A DNA stretch of 64,000 bases, from assembly GCA_035084275.1 (NCBI GenBank), contig CM068743.1, positions 105,524,001 to 105,588,000 on the forward strand, given 5' to 3'. Shown here piece after piece: positions 12,550-24,676 of this stretch (positions are counted from its first letter, which is position 1; each line of letters opens with the position of its first letter). The stretch is from Hydrolagus colliei. Its lineage: Eukaryota. The notes beneath the pieces were generated by a model, which saw only the letters and a list, made by a program, of their open reading frames with translations, made no database searches and was not told the DNA's origin. Made by a program: the position numbers and the translations under genes.

Positions 12550-12905
12550 CTGGGTCAGTTAATAACACACTCACCTCTGAGTCAGAAGGTTGTGGGTTCA
12601 ATCCCCACATCAGGACTTGGAACTCATAGACACTCCAGTGTAGTGCTGGGGGTGAGCTGCTTTGTTGGGAGGTACCTTCCTTCAGAAGAGATATCAAACC
12701 AAAGCTCTGTCTATCAATTCTGGTGAATTGTAAAGATGCCATAGTACTAATCAAAAAGTGAAGTTCCTATGACCTAACCAACATTCCCCCAAATAAAATT
12801 AGTCATCCTCTTTATGGCTATTTGTGGGACATTGCTATGTGCAAATTAGCTGCTGTTTGCCAAACAAAAAAAAGTCACTCCATTTTACAGTAAATCCTGT
12901 AAAGT
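12550..12905 (+). mobile_element. Older DeuSINE (SacSINE1/AmnSINE-like) copy
   Basis: tRNA-like head CACCTCTGAGTCAGAAGGTTGTGGGTTCAATCCC plus a longer Deu central domain; similar old copies at ~1-230, 3220-3580, 13315-13580, 17757-18020 and 51740-51960. Confidence 0.7.
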
Positions 12906-14769
12906 GCTCCTGTAATATCCTCCAGTGCTTTGGGACATCCTCCCAATTTGAAAGGCATTATAGAAATGTAATTTTGTTGCTGTTGTTGTTGTTGTCGAGA
13001 CATCCTTGTGGATTGAAAGCTGCTCAATCAAATTATAGGATTATTATAGAAATTGACTGGAAATTGCTGTTTCTTAACAAATTAAATATCAAATCTGTTG
13101 AACAGCATTGTTATTTTCACTGTATTGTTACAACACCAAAATAAAGTAAGGTGCATAAATTTGATAGCACCAATACAGTACAGAGACCCTAATATGATAC
13201 CCGCAGTTTTACAACTGTGAACCACACCACTCACTGTCTCATGAGATACCCTGTTATTTGGGGGATTTTTGGTTGAAAACACACACCCACAATACGTGAA
13301 CATGGATAATAGCTATTGTGGTGAGACATGCAAGTTGTAAGGTAATAAGTAATAATAATCGTACTGTAAAGTTGATTGACTGTACATTTTGTGAGTAAAA
13401 CAAATACAATTGCTCCATTGTGCACAGCAGTGTCCCAGAAATAGACAATTTAATTTTATTTGGAGAATTTAGTTGGCCGGGACACCAGAAGAAATTCCTT
13501 CTCTTTTCGAATACTGCCATGTGATCTTTAACGTCCACCTGAACAGACAGATGGGAACTCGGTTTAACGTATCATCCATTGATCGCCCCGGGATCTACGT
13601 AGTATTTGGAGTCCACCTGTTTGCACTTTATTTTCCTAATTCCAGTTGGCTGTAAATTCGAGCTCCAGTTTCCTGCAGCACAAGCACTAACATGGTTAAC
13701 AGCAGAGAATACAGATGCAGGGAAGTGCACTGACAAACCGCACTCAAAGAAATAGCAAATTCATTTTTATTTAATTAAAGACCTTTATTAGGTTCAGGAA
13801 GTGATGCCCGCCAGGTCATTGATAGGTTACCCGACAATCTTATTTTGGGATTCAGACCACATAGCCAGCTTTTGCTGAATACCACGCGGCTGGCTTGTGT
13901 GGCACTACCCTGAGGTGGTTCCGCAGTCTTCGTTACCGGAAATCATCTGCGATAGTGCAGACCAGGCTAAATTGAGATCAGAGCCTTGAGGAAATGTGAT
14001 ATACATTTGTAATTTCCCTCCCCCCCTCCCCCCCACCCCCACCTCAGCACATTTGCATGTGCAAAGAAATTGCTGGAACAAAATGGACTTCAGAAGACAC
14101 GACTTCAGAAATATATTCAAAGCTGTGTGCATAAAAAAAATGTTAGATTGGTACTGCAAATTATTAGTTTTTTTTAATTTAATGCAATTTTGGAATCAGA
14201 GACTGCTGTGTTATCAAACATACCATGTATAAGCTTTGCAAACTGTGCAGGTACTTAAACAAAGAAGGTCAGAAACTTAAAAGGTACAGACTTTGGTGTG
14301 AAATGCTCGGGCAAAGATTCTGCATGCTGTTATAAAGGATGTTATTAGTAGGTCTACATTATTTCTCTGCTTTAAATATTAATAAGTAGAGTGTGCGTCT
14401 TGTGATTGCTAAGTTCACTTTCGTAATAGCAATGAATCATAGTTGTCTGAACTTTTCAAGATGTACATTGCTGGAGCTCATCAATTATTCAAACTCATTG
14501 TGCTTTTTATTTCATTTATGTTTTTGAACAAGATACTGTATTCCAAGTAGTTACTATGGATCGCAAGTAGCTACTGCTTGTTAGAAATCATCACCATGGA
14601 GTATGTGGTCACTGTGCGTAAGAAGTAGCCACCAAGATTACCAGCGGTCATTCCTCGTTAGAAGTGATCCCTGCATGACAAGTGGTCATCCATGTATTAC
14701 ATGCAGCAAATATAGCCACTATGTGCTACAAATATGATTGTGTGATGCAATGCTCCCCATGTCTACCAC

Positions 14770-15050
14770 TTCCATGCTTGCTCAGATCCATTGGTTACCT
14801 ATCCCCCAGCAGATCAAGTTCAAAATCTGGTCCTCACCTTGAAATCTTCAGTATCGTCCCAATCTACCACTGCAACCTCCTCAAACCTGGATCACTCCTT
14901 TCATTCAGCAAGCAGCAGCATGCAATACATCCCTGCCCTATCCATCCCATGGGTGGATATTCCCCCCCCACCCCAGCTCTCTGGAACTCGATCCCAGAGC
15001 CCCTCTGACTCATCCTTCCCTCACCAAATTGAAGGCCAGTCTCAAAACCA
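14770..15050 (+). mobile_element. Degenerate L2 LINE 3' fragment
   Basis: Remnants of LHWLP, IKFKILVLT and LWNSIP coding sequence. Confidence 0.7.
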
Positions 15051-15252
15051 AGTGAAAGTCTTGACTGGTGGTTGCTTTTTCATGCTTTATTATAATATGG
15101 GATCTGAATTTATGAAGTAAAACCAGCGTATATTAAAAGTATTACTACTTGCAGCTACTATGCATCAGTGCTTATCTTGCACCACAATTCATTACAAAGC
15201 ATTAGTGGGCCTTGTCCATTAGTGAACCCTGTGAATTAATGGTTAGCATGTA

Positions 15253-15559
15253 CAGTAAAACCTCAATAAACCGACATTCTGAAAGATGGAACCAACAAGA
15301 TGTCAAAATACATATGGTATTAGATTATTTTCTGAATCTCAAATCTCCCGAAGTTTGGAACCGCTGCTTGTAGTTCCTGGCATGGCCACTCTGTCATCCG
15401 GCACTGTGGTTGCCACTCAAGCATTTTTTGGCTTCAGTGCTGTGTTTACAGAACAGGTGATGAATGGGGTGGCATTTCCCCAGCTATTTCTAGGTAGGTA
15501 TTTAGCGAACTCCGGGAAGTGAGTGGGCCCAACCGTGCGGGATTAATGAGGTTTTACTG
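15253..15559. mobile_element. Tc1/mariner-pogo (Tigger-like) MITE
   Basis: TIRs CAGTAAAACCTCA.TAA / TTAATGAGGTTTTACTG with TA on both sides (15251-15252, 15560-15561); 307 bp, non-coding. Confidence 0.85.
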
Positions 15560-16479
15560 TACATTAATTATGTGGGCTTCATATATAAGAAAAGATCATC
15601 ATGCATCAGTTATTACTATATGTAGGTCAGGGCAAGTCAAGTGGCATACCAAGATATCTTTGTGGCTGCCATCGGACTTGAACAGTCAGTTATGGAGGGA
15701 TCTGGCTAAGAGCTGGAGGAAGGCCACATACTGACCTTTCAGTCTGGCTAAAGTGGAAGGAAAAAAAACAAAAAGGGGGAAAAATTGCTTCCATCTTTCA
15801 ATATTCTCTACGTTTTACTCCAGGTTGCATCAATCACCCTTTCAAACCAGTTGACTTTTTCCAAATCCTCTGCCAAAACGTAAGCTAAGCCCAAACCAGC
15901 AATTTAGTGTGTATGTGTTTCTGTGTGTATGAGAGACGTGGGTGTAACTGCTTCTGCCAAAAGAAAAACTGCCTTAACTCACCACTTTATTGTTTAGAAT
16001 ACGCTTTTAGTTTTGCTCTTCTTCTAGAGAATAGTATGCTGCTTAATGCTGAGGACGCCTGACAGGGGTGAAAATATGTGGATGCAAAAGAGTTTCTGGG
16101 TCATACTGTCATTGATGGCATCATATGGCCACATTGCTTTGATGGCTCTGACGCTAGGGAGGACTCAGTCAACCAGCGGCAGCATTCACAAGTGGATCGT
16201 ACATAGATAATACACAGTGTGATCAGGCTACAAACAGTTCACTGGTGTTTGGCAGGCTATTTTGTGCTGGGTTACTCTCCTCACCAGATCTGATGTTTGT
16301 GTAAGACAGCCGTGATTAAAGTTCTCGAACAATCACAGTTCACACCAACTCATATGATGCACTGAGAGCCGCATGATGGGTTTATTTCTCAGTGATGGAA
16401 ATGAAGAGCTATGATCTTCCTTGTTTGCTGAATGTTGTATTGTTTCACTGAATTTGTTAGTTTCTAATCCTGCAGAACA

Positions 16480-17300
16480 ATAATAATACTGTACTTATAT
16501 TTGATATGGTGCCTTTCACATCTTCCAGGCATCTCAAAGAACTTCACAGAATTTATTGTGAAGTGAATTGACTATATTTGTGGGTGACATGCGGCAACCA
16601 ATTGCGCACAGCAGTGTCCCACACACAGTTGTGGATTGAATGACCAAATTATTATTGTGTTTTTTTTAGGGATTATTTACCCCAGAACAGCAATCGACTG
16701 TCATGTAGCTCAACAACAACAACAAAATTAAATTTTAGAGTGCCTTTCATGTCGGGAGGACGTCCCAAAGCACTGAACAATCAGGTCGGGACCTGAGCAG
16801 GGGCGGAAGGGTCGGGGTAGGTGGAAGGGGAAGAAGACTTGGAGAAGTGGAAGAGTTGGGAGGGGAGCAGAAGCGAGCTCAAGTGAGAGACCTGGCTTCA
16901 ATTCTAGACAGGGTGGAAGTTTCGGCAAATTTTGTTACTCCACATGCCTGATAATAATCTCTCAAGAAAAAAAACAATAATAAATTGGTGATTTCGATCC
17001 ACGACTGTTTGTGGGACACTGCTGTGTACAATTGGCTGTTGCATTTCACCTACAAATATATTACAGTATATTCTGTGAACTGCTTTGAGACATCTAGTAG
17101 AGGTGAAAAACGCTATATCAAATGCAAGGATTCTTATTATTATTATTGATTAACAACCGGGTTGATACTGACTGCTAGGTAAACAGAGGTGTGTGACATA
17201 AGAAAACTCACCCAACATTTCACCCTGCCAAGCATAGAACCCAGGTCTCTCGCTTACGAGTCGAGTGTTCTAACTAACCACTGAGCTACAGGACTCCACC
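16480..17300. mobile_element. Cluster of SINEs with an antisense L2 tail (16713-16875) inserted in a SINE A-box
   Basis: Minus SINE body 16480-16700; plus SINE 16700-17150 split by an L2 family B tail flanked by AGCTCA; minus SINE head 17200-17300. Confidence 0.8.
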
Positions 17301-18527
17301 AATGATGATAATCCTTACATTTGAAATACCACGTTTCACATTGAGAGGACATTGAAAAACACCTCTGCCCAATTATGTACCTACTTAAATTACCTTAAAT
17401 TACAGGAATTGTTTTTGATCAACTGGGTGTCTGAGACACCATCCAGCATGGAGTGAGCTATATAAATCGAAGTTATTGTTGTTGTCTGACATATGCAGAA
17501 ACCCATTGCTATGTTCAATAGCATTCAAGCTAAATTATTGAGTGTCCACAAATGTACGGTTTCCATTTGACTGGTGTAGGGGGCGTACCTTCTTCCCAGA
17601 GGGAAGCAGCCAACTTACCTTATCCTGTTAAGAATTTAGGTCAAAGCCAAGGCTTGCCAGTTTACCTCACGTTGAAGGGAATTTGGTTCAAATTTGACAT
17701 GATACGATCCATGGCATTGAACAGGCACCAGTCAGTAGGCAACGATACAGGGAATTTTATAATAATGATCCTTGCATTTGGTATAGCACTTTCACATCAG
17801 GAGGATCTCTCAAAATGCTTCACAGTTTTCTGTAAAAGACAATGACTGTAATTTGTGGGTGAACATGGCAGTTTGCTTGCACACAGCCATGTTCCACAAA
17901 TAGCCATGAGTGAATGACTCATTTTATTTGGGGATTGTTGTCCAGGACACTGGTAGAAACTCCCTTCTCTTTCGAATAGTGCCACGGGATCTTTAACCTT
18001 TATCTGAACGAGCAACGGGACCAAAGAATGAAAAAATGCAAGGATTATTATAAGGAATCAAAGTTGTTTTTGAAGGAACAATTTGCATCATATTTTATTC
18101 TGGAGCAGAAAATATCTGTGGGAGGAACCGCGGGCTTCAATACGATCATGGCACAGGATTGCACAAAATATGTAGCCAGATTTTAAAGAACCTTCTGGTT
18201 ATCTCTGCTGAATACAAAGTAATTAGTCAGGATTTATTATGGGGATATTTATTGAAATTGTCAAATGTTTCCAGATTAAATTCTCCATTTTCTCTGCACC
18301 CGAAACATTCTGGTCCTTAAAGGATAGGATTGTAATTGTTTTTTTCCTGCAGTAACGCTGGCAGTTGTTAACAAAGGCACACTTTACTCAGTAAAAACAG
18401 GTCTTTTTTTTACATTTTAAAATCGGAATATTAGGCAGATAAATGTACAGTAGTTTGTGATGTGATGATTATTGTACGTCAGAATTATCGTAAAGACAGA
18501 GTGGGAATTAAACATGTTGTTTAAACC

Positions 18528-19588
18528 TGGAATCCTGTAGCTCAACAAGCACAACAACAACAAAATTACACTCGTATAGTGCCGTTCACGTCAGGTGGAT
18601 ATCCCAAGGTGCTGGACAGTCATTGTTCCAGACTCGAGCCGGGGACAGCTTAGTGGTCAGAGCACCTTCTTCCACCTCCGACGGATTGCCCGTCTCCGGC
18701 AATACCTCACCCCAAAGCCACTGAAACCCTGGTCCACGCCTTCGCCACTTCACGGCTGGACTATTCAAATGCCCTCCTCGCCGGTCTCCCCTCCACCACA
18801 ATCCATAAAATCCAACTCATCCAAAACTCTGCCGCCCGCATACTCATCCGCACCAAGCTTCACTCCCCCATTACCCCAGTCCTTGCCAGACTTCACTGGC
18901 TCCCTATCCCCGAGAGGATCGACTTCAAGATCCTCACCCTTGTTTTCAAATCCCTCCACTCCTCTGCACCCTCCTACCTCTCTGACCTCCTCTTTCCTCA
19001 AACCAGCTCCCGTTGCCTTCGTTCCACCAGGTCTGGACTCCTCCATGTCCCCGAATCCTCCACTCCACCCTCGGCAGCCGAGCCTTCAGCCACTATGCCC
19101 GAGGCTCTGGAATTCCCTTCCTCACTATCTTCTTCTTGTCCTCTCCTTTCTCAGTTTCAGGTCCCAGCTGAAGACCCTGCCTTTGGTCACCTTTCTACCC
19201 ATGCCCCTCGCTCGGTCCCAGGATCCATTATTGAGAAGCGCTCTGAGACACCCTCCGGTGTGGATGGCGCTATATAAATCTAAGCTGTTGTTGTTGTAGT
19301 TGTTGTCTTACAAGCGAGAGATCTGGTTTCCATTCCAGGCAGGGTGAAACCTTGGACAAGTTTCCTTATTCTACACGCCGGGTAATAATCCATCCACAAA
19401 AAAAATGAAAATTGGTCATTTCATTCCACAACAGTTTGTGGGATACTGCTGTGCACAATTGGCTACCACATTTCGCCCACAAATATGCAGTCAATTCACT
19501 TTACAGTATATTCGGTGAAGCACTTTGACACATCTAGAAGATGTGAAAAGCATTATATCAAATGTAAGGATTATTATTATTATTATTA
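18528..19588 (+). mobile_element. SINE whose tRNA head is interrupted by two L2 insertions (minus tail 18545-18646; plus family A 3' fragment ~18666-19305)
   Basis: Head pieces GGAATCCTGTAGCTCA, AGCTTAGTGGTCAGAGCAC and GTCTTACAAGCGAGAG rejoin into one head; the intervening L2 encodes [14 protein letters not shown]...LWNSLP and ends in (GTT)n. Confidence 0.85.
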
Positions 19589-19624
19589 ACCTTAATAGTA
19601 GGTTGGGATCAACAACAACAACAA

Positions 19625-19850
19625 GGTTTGGGACTGACCTCCACCCTCTACTCCTCTACCTCTTCCCCTTCTTTCTTATCACTTCCTCCTCTCCATCTTC
19701 CTCTTCACTTCCTTCCCTCTGCCCCCTATTCCTCCTCCTCATACTCTTCCCTCCACTTCTACGCCTCTTCTCCTCCCACTTCCATCCTAATCTCTCCAAA
19801 GGCCCCCTCCTCTCCTCCCACTGCATCCTCCTCTCTCTCTCTCTCTCTGA
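19625..19850. repeat. CT-rich low-complexity polypyrimidine tract
   Basis: CCT/CTT/CT runs including (CT)n at ~19830-19848. Confidence 0.85.
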
Positions 19851-19859
19851 TAACCCTGG

Positions 19860-22770
19860 TCAAATAGAGAGGACATCGTTTGTGATTTTCACAAGTGCTG
19901 TCTCTGTTCTGTGGGGAGGGGGGAAAGTGGACTGGTGGATTTTGAGTTGGGTGTAGAGGGAGAAGTGTGAGCGAAGTTGGTTGGCACAACATATTCCAGA
20001 GCTTTGGCAAGGAAGGGCTGGTTTGAGATAGGGCGGTAGTAAGGAATTAGGTTTTTTTTAAGAAGTAGGGTGATGACCATGGCTTTCAAACAACTTCCTT
20101 CTCTCCCTGCCCTCCACCCTCCCAAATCCCTAACCTCAGCTCGGGTCCGGAATTCTGTTTATCCTGCAGCTCGAGACATCCTCCTGATGTGATAGAGGTT
20201 AGGCAATGTAATTTTGTTGTTGTTGTTGTTGAGTGGTAGTGGGACTGATCCTGAGGAGAGGCACTGATTAACTGTGTCTGCCAGCAGTGGGCAGAGAAGG
20301 GAGAGCTCGCTAATCAGCAGTTGGGTGGGGTTTGGGGTCGAGGCAGCAAGTGGTAGATTTAATTGTGTTGATGGTGAAGAGGGAGAAGGTGAGATAGGGG
20401 CAAATGAATGTAGGATGGGGGTGGCAGCAGTAGTTGAGAGTGGGGTGGATGAGGGAGACGGAATGGATGGTGGGCAACATGTGGCAGAAGGACGAGGCTG
20501 CCAGGCAGATGTTGTCAATTTTAGAGGTAAGGAAATCTATGACCTCTTTGCACTTAGTATTAGATGTGATGATTGAGGTTGTTTGAGGAGGCTTACAGAG
20601 GAGTTGGTGGGTGGTGGAGAACAGGATTTTTGAGTTATTATTGGCCCCCAGATTGATGTTTGACCAGTGTGCAGTTTTTGCAATCTCCTCAATCTCCGAG
20701 GACCTGCCCTGGTTTGGTTAGATCCTACCGCTCTCATCACCTACACTTTGTCGCCACCAACGGCTTCTCTTTTAGCCCCTGCTCTCTCACCTGTGGTGTC
20801 CCACAGGGCTCTGTCCTTGGACCCTTACTTTTCAACCTCTATATGCTCCCACTTGGTGACATTATCCGCAGGGTTTACTTCCACATGTATGTGGATGACA
20901 CCCAACTCTATCTCTCTGCCTCTACCCTTGACTCAAAGGCTACCACTGTTCTGACATACTGTCTGTCAGACATCAAGTCGTGAATGAGAGCTAACTTTCT
21001 ACAGTTGAATGTTAACAAGACCGAGGCCCTACTGATTGGCTCGCGCCAGTGCCTTCTTGCACCAGGCGTTGACAGCATCAACCTCCATGGTTGCACACTC
21101 AACATCACCAAGCCAGTCAGGAATTTGGTGATCTTCAACCCACAACTGTCTTTCCTCCCCCACATCCAAGCAATGACCCATTCTGCCTTTCCGCATCTCC
21201 GCAACATTGCTCAATTCCACCACTATCTCACTCCCAAAGCCACTGAAACCGTTATCCATGCCATCATTATATCCCAGCTCGATTACGCAAATGCCCTGCT
21301 GGTCAGTCTTCCTAATTTCTCCCTCCACAGGCTGAAGATAATCTAGAACTCTGCGGCCCGTGTCCTCTACTGTTCCAAACTCCATGACCCCATCCTCTGG
21401 CTCCGCATCATCCAGAGGATCCAATTCAAGATCCTGGTCCTCACACTTGAAGCCCTCTGCAACCTCACCCCACCTTACATCTGTGACCTCCAATCCCCTA
21501 AACAACATGCCCTGACCCTACGCTCAGCAGGCTCTGGCGTGCTCCATATCCCCCGACTCACCCACCCAACCATTGGTGAGCGAGTCTTCAGCCACTCTGC
21601 TCCCAACCTCTGGAACTCCATCCCGCAGTCCCTCTGTCTCGCCTCCTCCAAGTCCCGCTCAAGACTCTCCTCTTCAATGGACCTATCAGCACCTCCTAAT
21701 CCCCCCTTCCCTCCCCACCCCGGCCTTAGCTCTGGTCTGAAGCAGTAACTTTCCAGTGCCTTGGGATGTCACCCTGACGTAAAACGTGCTATACAAGTGT
21801 AATTTTAGTGTTGTTGTTTGCGGAGCTTGACGGCAGCTTCAGAGTCACTGTGGGTGAGGTCTGAGGATATGAAGACCTTTGTGAGAGTATCGGTGGCATG
21901 CTTTTCCCATGTGCAGTGAAGTATGGTTGAGGGCTTGATGGAGAGAGAGATGCAAGAGGAGAAGGTGAGGAAGAAGAGGTCCGAGATGGCCATGCCTGTG
22001 ATGCACAAATCAAAACTGTCAAGGCCATGTGTGATGACGAGGTCGAGGGAGGATCCACGGTTATGGGTCAGCGAGTTGATATGGGGGGTGAGGTTTAGGG
22101 AGGAGAGGAGGGCAATGAAATCTGAGGATGTGGCGCAAGGGGAGTTTAAGTGGAGGTTGAAGTTGTTCATTGTGAACAGGCATTCTGAGTGTAATGTTAT
22201 TTAATCTGAAACACAATGTAGATTCACTCACATTTAATTCCAACTTTACAAATCAACCTCTTTCAAATCTGCTTAGTCACTTTTCCCAGAATCCTTTTAT
22301 GCTTGCATCATCCATATTCAATTGTCACTGATACTATTAAAGCAATATGCAACACTGAGCAAAGAGACAGTGTGGAGACACAAGCAGAGATATCGGAGAG
22401 GAAGGAGCCAGGATTTTTTTTGGATGGGAGGGCCGGTAATCCAGAAGAATTTTGAGTGAGAGAGAGGACGGATGATAGAGGGTAAGGTGCTCAAATGAAG
22501 AGTGAGGAGAGGCAGCCAGAAGAATAAGGGGATAGACTGACGGAAGCTTTGGAGGTGAGGGGCACCCTGCCGCCATGTTAGATCGGTTGTGGTGGAAGTG
22601 TAGCTGGGGGGAAGGCTTCAACTAGGTGAATGGAGTCACTGGGGGTGAGCTAGGCTTCCATAAACCCAAGAATATCTATGTGTTCATCCAGGATGAGGTC
22701 ATGGATAGTGGAGGCTTTATTGGAGAGGGAACAGACATTTTGTAGGGAAATGTGGACGGGTTTGCTGGGT
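19860..22770 (-). mobile_element. Fragmented old L2 ORF2 (endonuclease to start of RT) with nested insertions
   Basis: Collinear minus-strand pieces: LQNVCSLSNK...DLILDEHIDIL (22770-22650), NFNLH...THNRGSSLDLVIT (22170-21820), LLADTVNQCLSSGSVP (20700-20232), YRPISNQPFLAKALE (20090-19860). Confidence 0.8.
20700..21818 (+). mobile_element. L2 LINE RT/3' fragment (family B tail) nested in an older L2
   Basis: [28 protein letters not shown] and LWNSIP with in-frame stops; (GTT)n tail. Confidence 0.9.
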
Positions 22771-23189
22771 GGCCAACCATGGATAGTAATTACCATATCA
22801 CATAGTGCATGATCTCCCTTCTCCTGCACCCCCCACATTAAATCAAGTCAAATTCCCTTAATCGTGGTGCTGTCAGTGCAGTATTAGAAATACTCTGTTA
22901 GCGAGAGGGTTCAATACATTTATTTTCAATTCTTTCTTGGTAACAACTTTGTTAGAGCAAAAAACTGCTGAGATTTTCTAAGTGTATGTGACTACTATGA
23001 AAAAGACATTAATCTGACAAGATATATCACCTCTTCTCATCTGCATAATGCTTTATTCCAAAAACATCATGGCAATCTAACTATTACATACGTTTTAAGG
23101 AAATGCAGTCAAGTAGCTGCTAAGGAATTCTTCTGCTTTGCTCCATTTTAAGGAATTCTGTGTGAAGAAACGCAGTTTAGTTTTTTTAA

Positions 23190-23620
23190 ACTAATAATTT
23201 GGCCACTCAATCCAGACTGTTTGTGGGACACTGCAATTGGCTGCCAAGTTTCGCCCACAAAATATACAGTCAATTCACTTTACAGTATACTGTTTGGTCG
23301 ATTGGCAGATTTAAACCTTGGGCCAGTTTCCTACCCCATACGCCTAATAATAATCCCTCAAAAAACAAAACAATAATAAATTGGTCATTTCAATCCATGA
23401 CTTTTTGTGGGATACTGCTGTGCGCAATTGGCTGCTGCATTTCGCCCACACAATTCACTTTACAGTATATTCTGTGAAGCATTTTGAGATGCCTAGAAGA
23501 CATGAAAAGCACAATATCAATTTCAAGGATTATTATTATATTGTGAAATTCCTTGTGACTCCTCAAAGATATGATAATGTACTACATCAAATGCAAGGAT
23601 TATTATTATTATTATTATTC
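23190..23620 (+). mobile_element. Tandem partial Deu-type SINE copies
   Basis: Two SINE bodies (GTGGGA.ACTGC...ATTGGCTGC...CAATTCACTTTACAGTATA) and (ATT)n tails. Confidence 0.8.
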
Positions 23621-23806
23621 ATGCTCCCATACATACTCTGATACCTCTGCACAGGTCTTTTTGAGGTGTTATTCGTACACCTCAAGATTAGCATTGTTTA
23701 TATAATATAATAACCCTTGTTTTTGATATGACACTTTTCACGTCTTCTAGACATATCAAAGCACCACAGAATATACTGAATTGACTGGATATATAAGGGT
23801 GAAAAG

Positions 23807-24676
23807 TAGGGTCCGTCGATATGGAGATTTTCCGATTTAGATATATCGATCGGCTCATATTGAGATATACCGAAAAATCTGGGTGCGCACGCATTCCGGG
23901 TGCGCGCGCATTCCAGGCCTATCTCCTCAGGAGGTAAATATCTTTCTCCCTCTGTGTCTCTCACTCTCTCCATCTCTGTGTTTTTCTGTCTGTGTCTCTG
24001 TGTCTCTCTCACATCCCCCTCCCATCTCTATCTATCTGTATATTATCACATCCACCCCGTCTCTCCCCCCACCCCACCCCCCGCCGTCTTTATCCCTCCC
24101 CCCCCAGCCATCTCTCTCTCCCTTCCCCCACCCCGCCGTCTCTCTCACCCCCCACACCGCCCCCCAGCCATCTCTCTCCCCCCCACACCCCCCCACCAGC
24201 TGTCTCTCTCCCCCCCTACCCCCCCACCAGCCGTCTCTCTCCCCCCCACCGTCTCTCTCCCCCCCTCACCCCACCCAGCCGTCTCTCTCCCCCCCTCAAC
24301 CCACCCAGCCGTCTCTCTCCCCCCCTCACCCCCCCCCCCAGCCATCTCTCTCCCCACCTCACACCCCCAGCCGTCTCTCTCCCCCCCCCCCCCCCCAGCC
24401 GCTTCTCTCCCCCCTCCCCAGCCTTCTCTGCCCCCCCCACCCCCACCCCTTGCATACCTGTATATTGTATTCGAGGACTATGAAAACAATATGGCGGCTT
24501 TGCACCTCGGTCCGTGGATTGTGTATAGAGATGAGCATTCTGGGTCTTGTAGTTCAGTGTGCTCGCATTCCGATTTTTTACCTTGATTTTTACTATTTTT
24601 GAAATGCCTATATCGGCGTATCGATATGAAAATTATATCGGGTTTTAGCGATATATCGATATGTCGCAGGACCCTA
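23807..24676. mobile_element. Non-autonomous hAT DNA transposon inserted in a minus-strand SINE (23703-24935)
   Basis: Termini TAGGGTCC...GGACCCTA, perfect 8-bp TSD GTGAAAAG at 23799-23806 and 24677-24684, CpG-rich subterminal ATATCG repeats; SINE flanks rejoin. Confidence 0.9.
24050..24450. repeat. C-rich minisatellite inside the hAT element
   Basis: About a dozen imperfect 20-35 bp units resembling CCCAGCCGTCTCTCTCCCCCCCTCACCCCA. Confidence 0.9.

Noticed and set aside
19525-19956. Ser/Leu/Pro-rich ORFs
   Set aside because: Translation of a CT-rich low-complexity tract and TE remnants.
23883-24602. Proline-rich ORFs of 239, 228 and 163 aa (and Gly/Arg-rich antisense ORFs)
   Set aside because: Open in several frames because the C-rich minisatellite inside a hAT MITE has no stop codons; not a gene.
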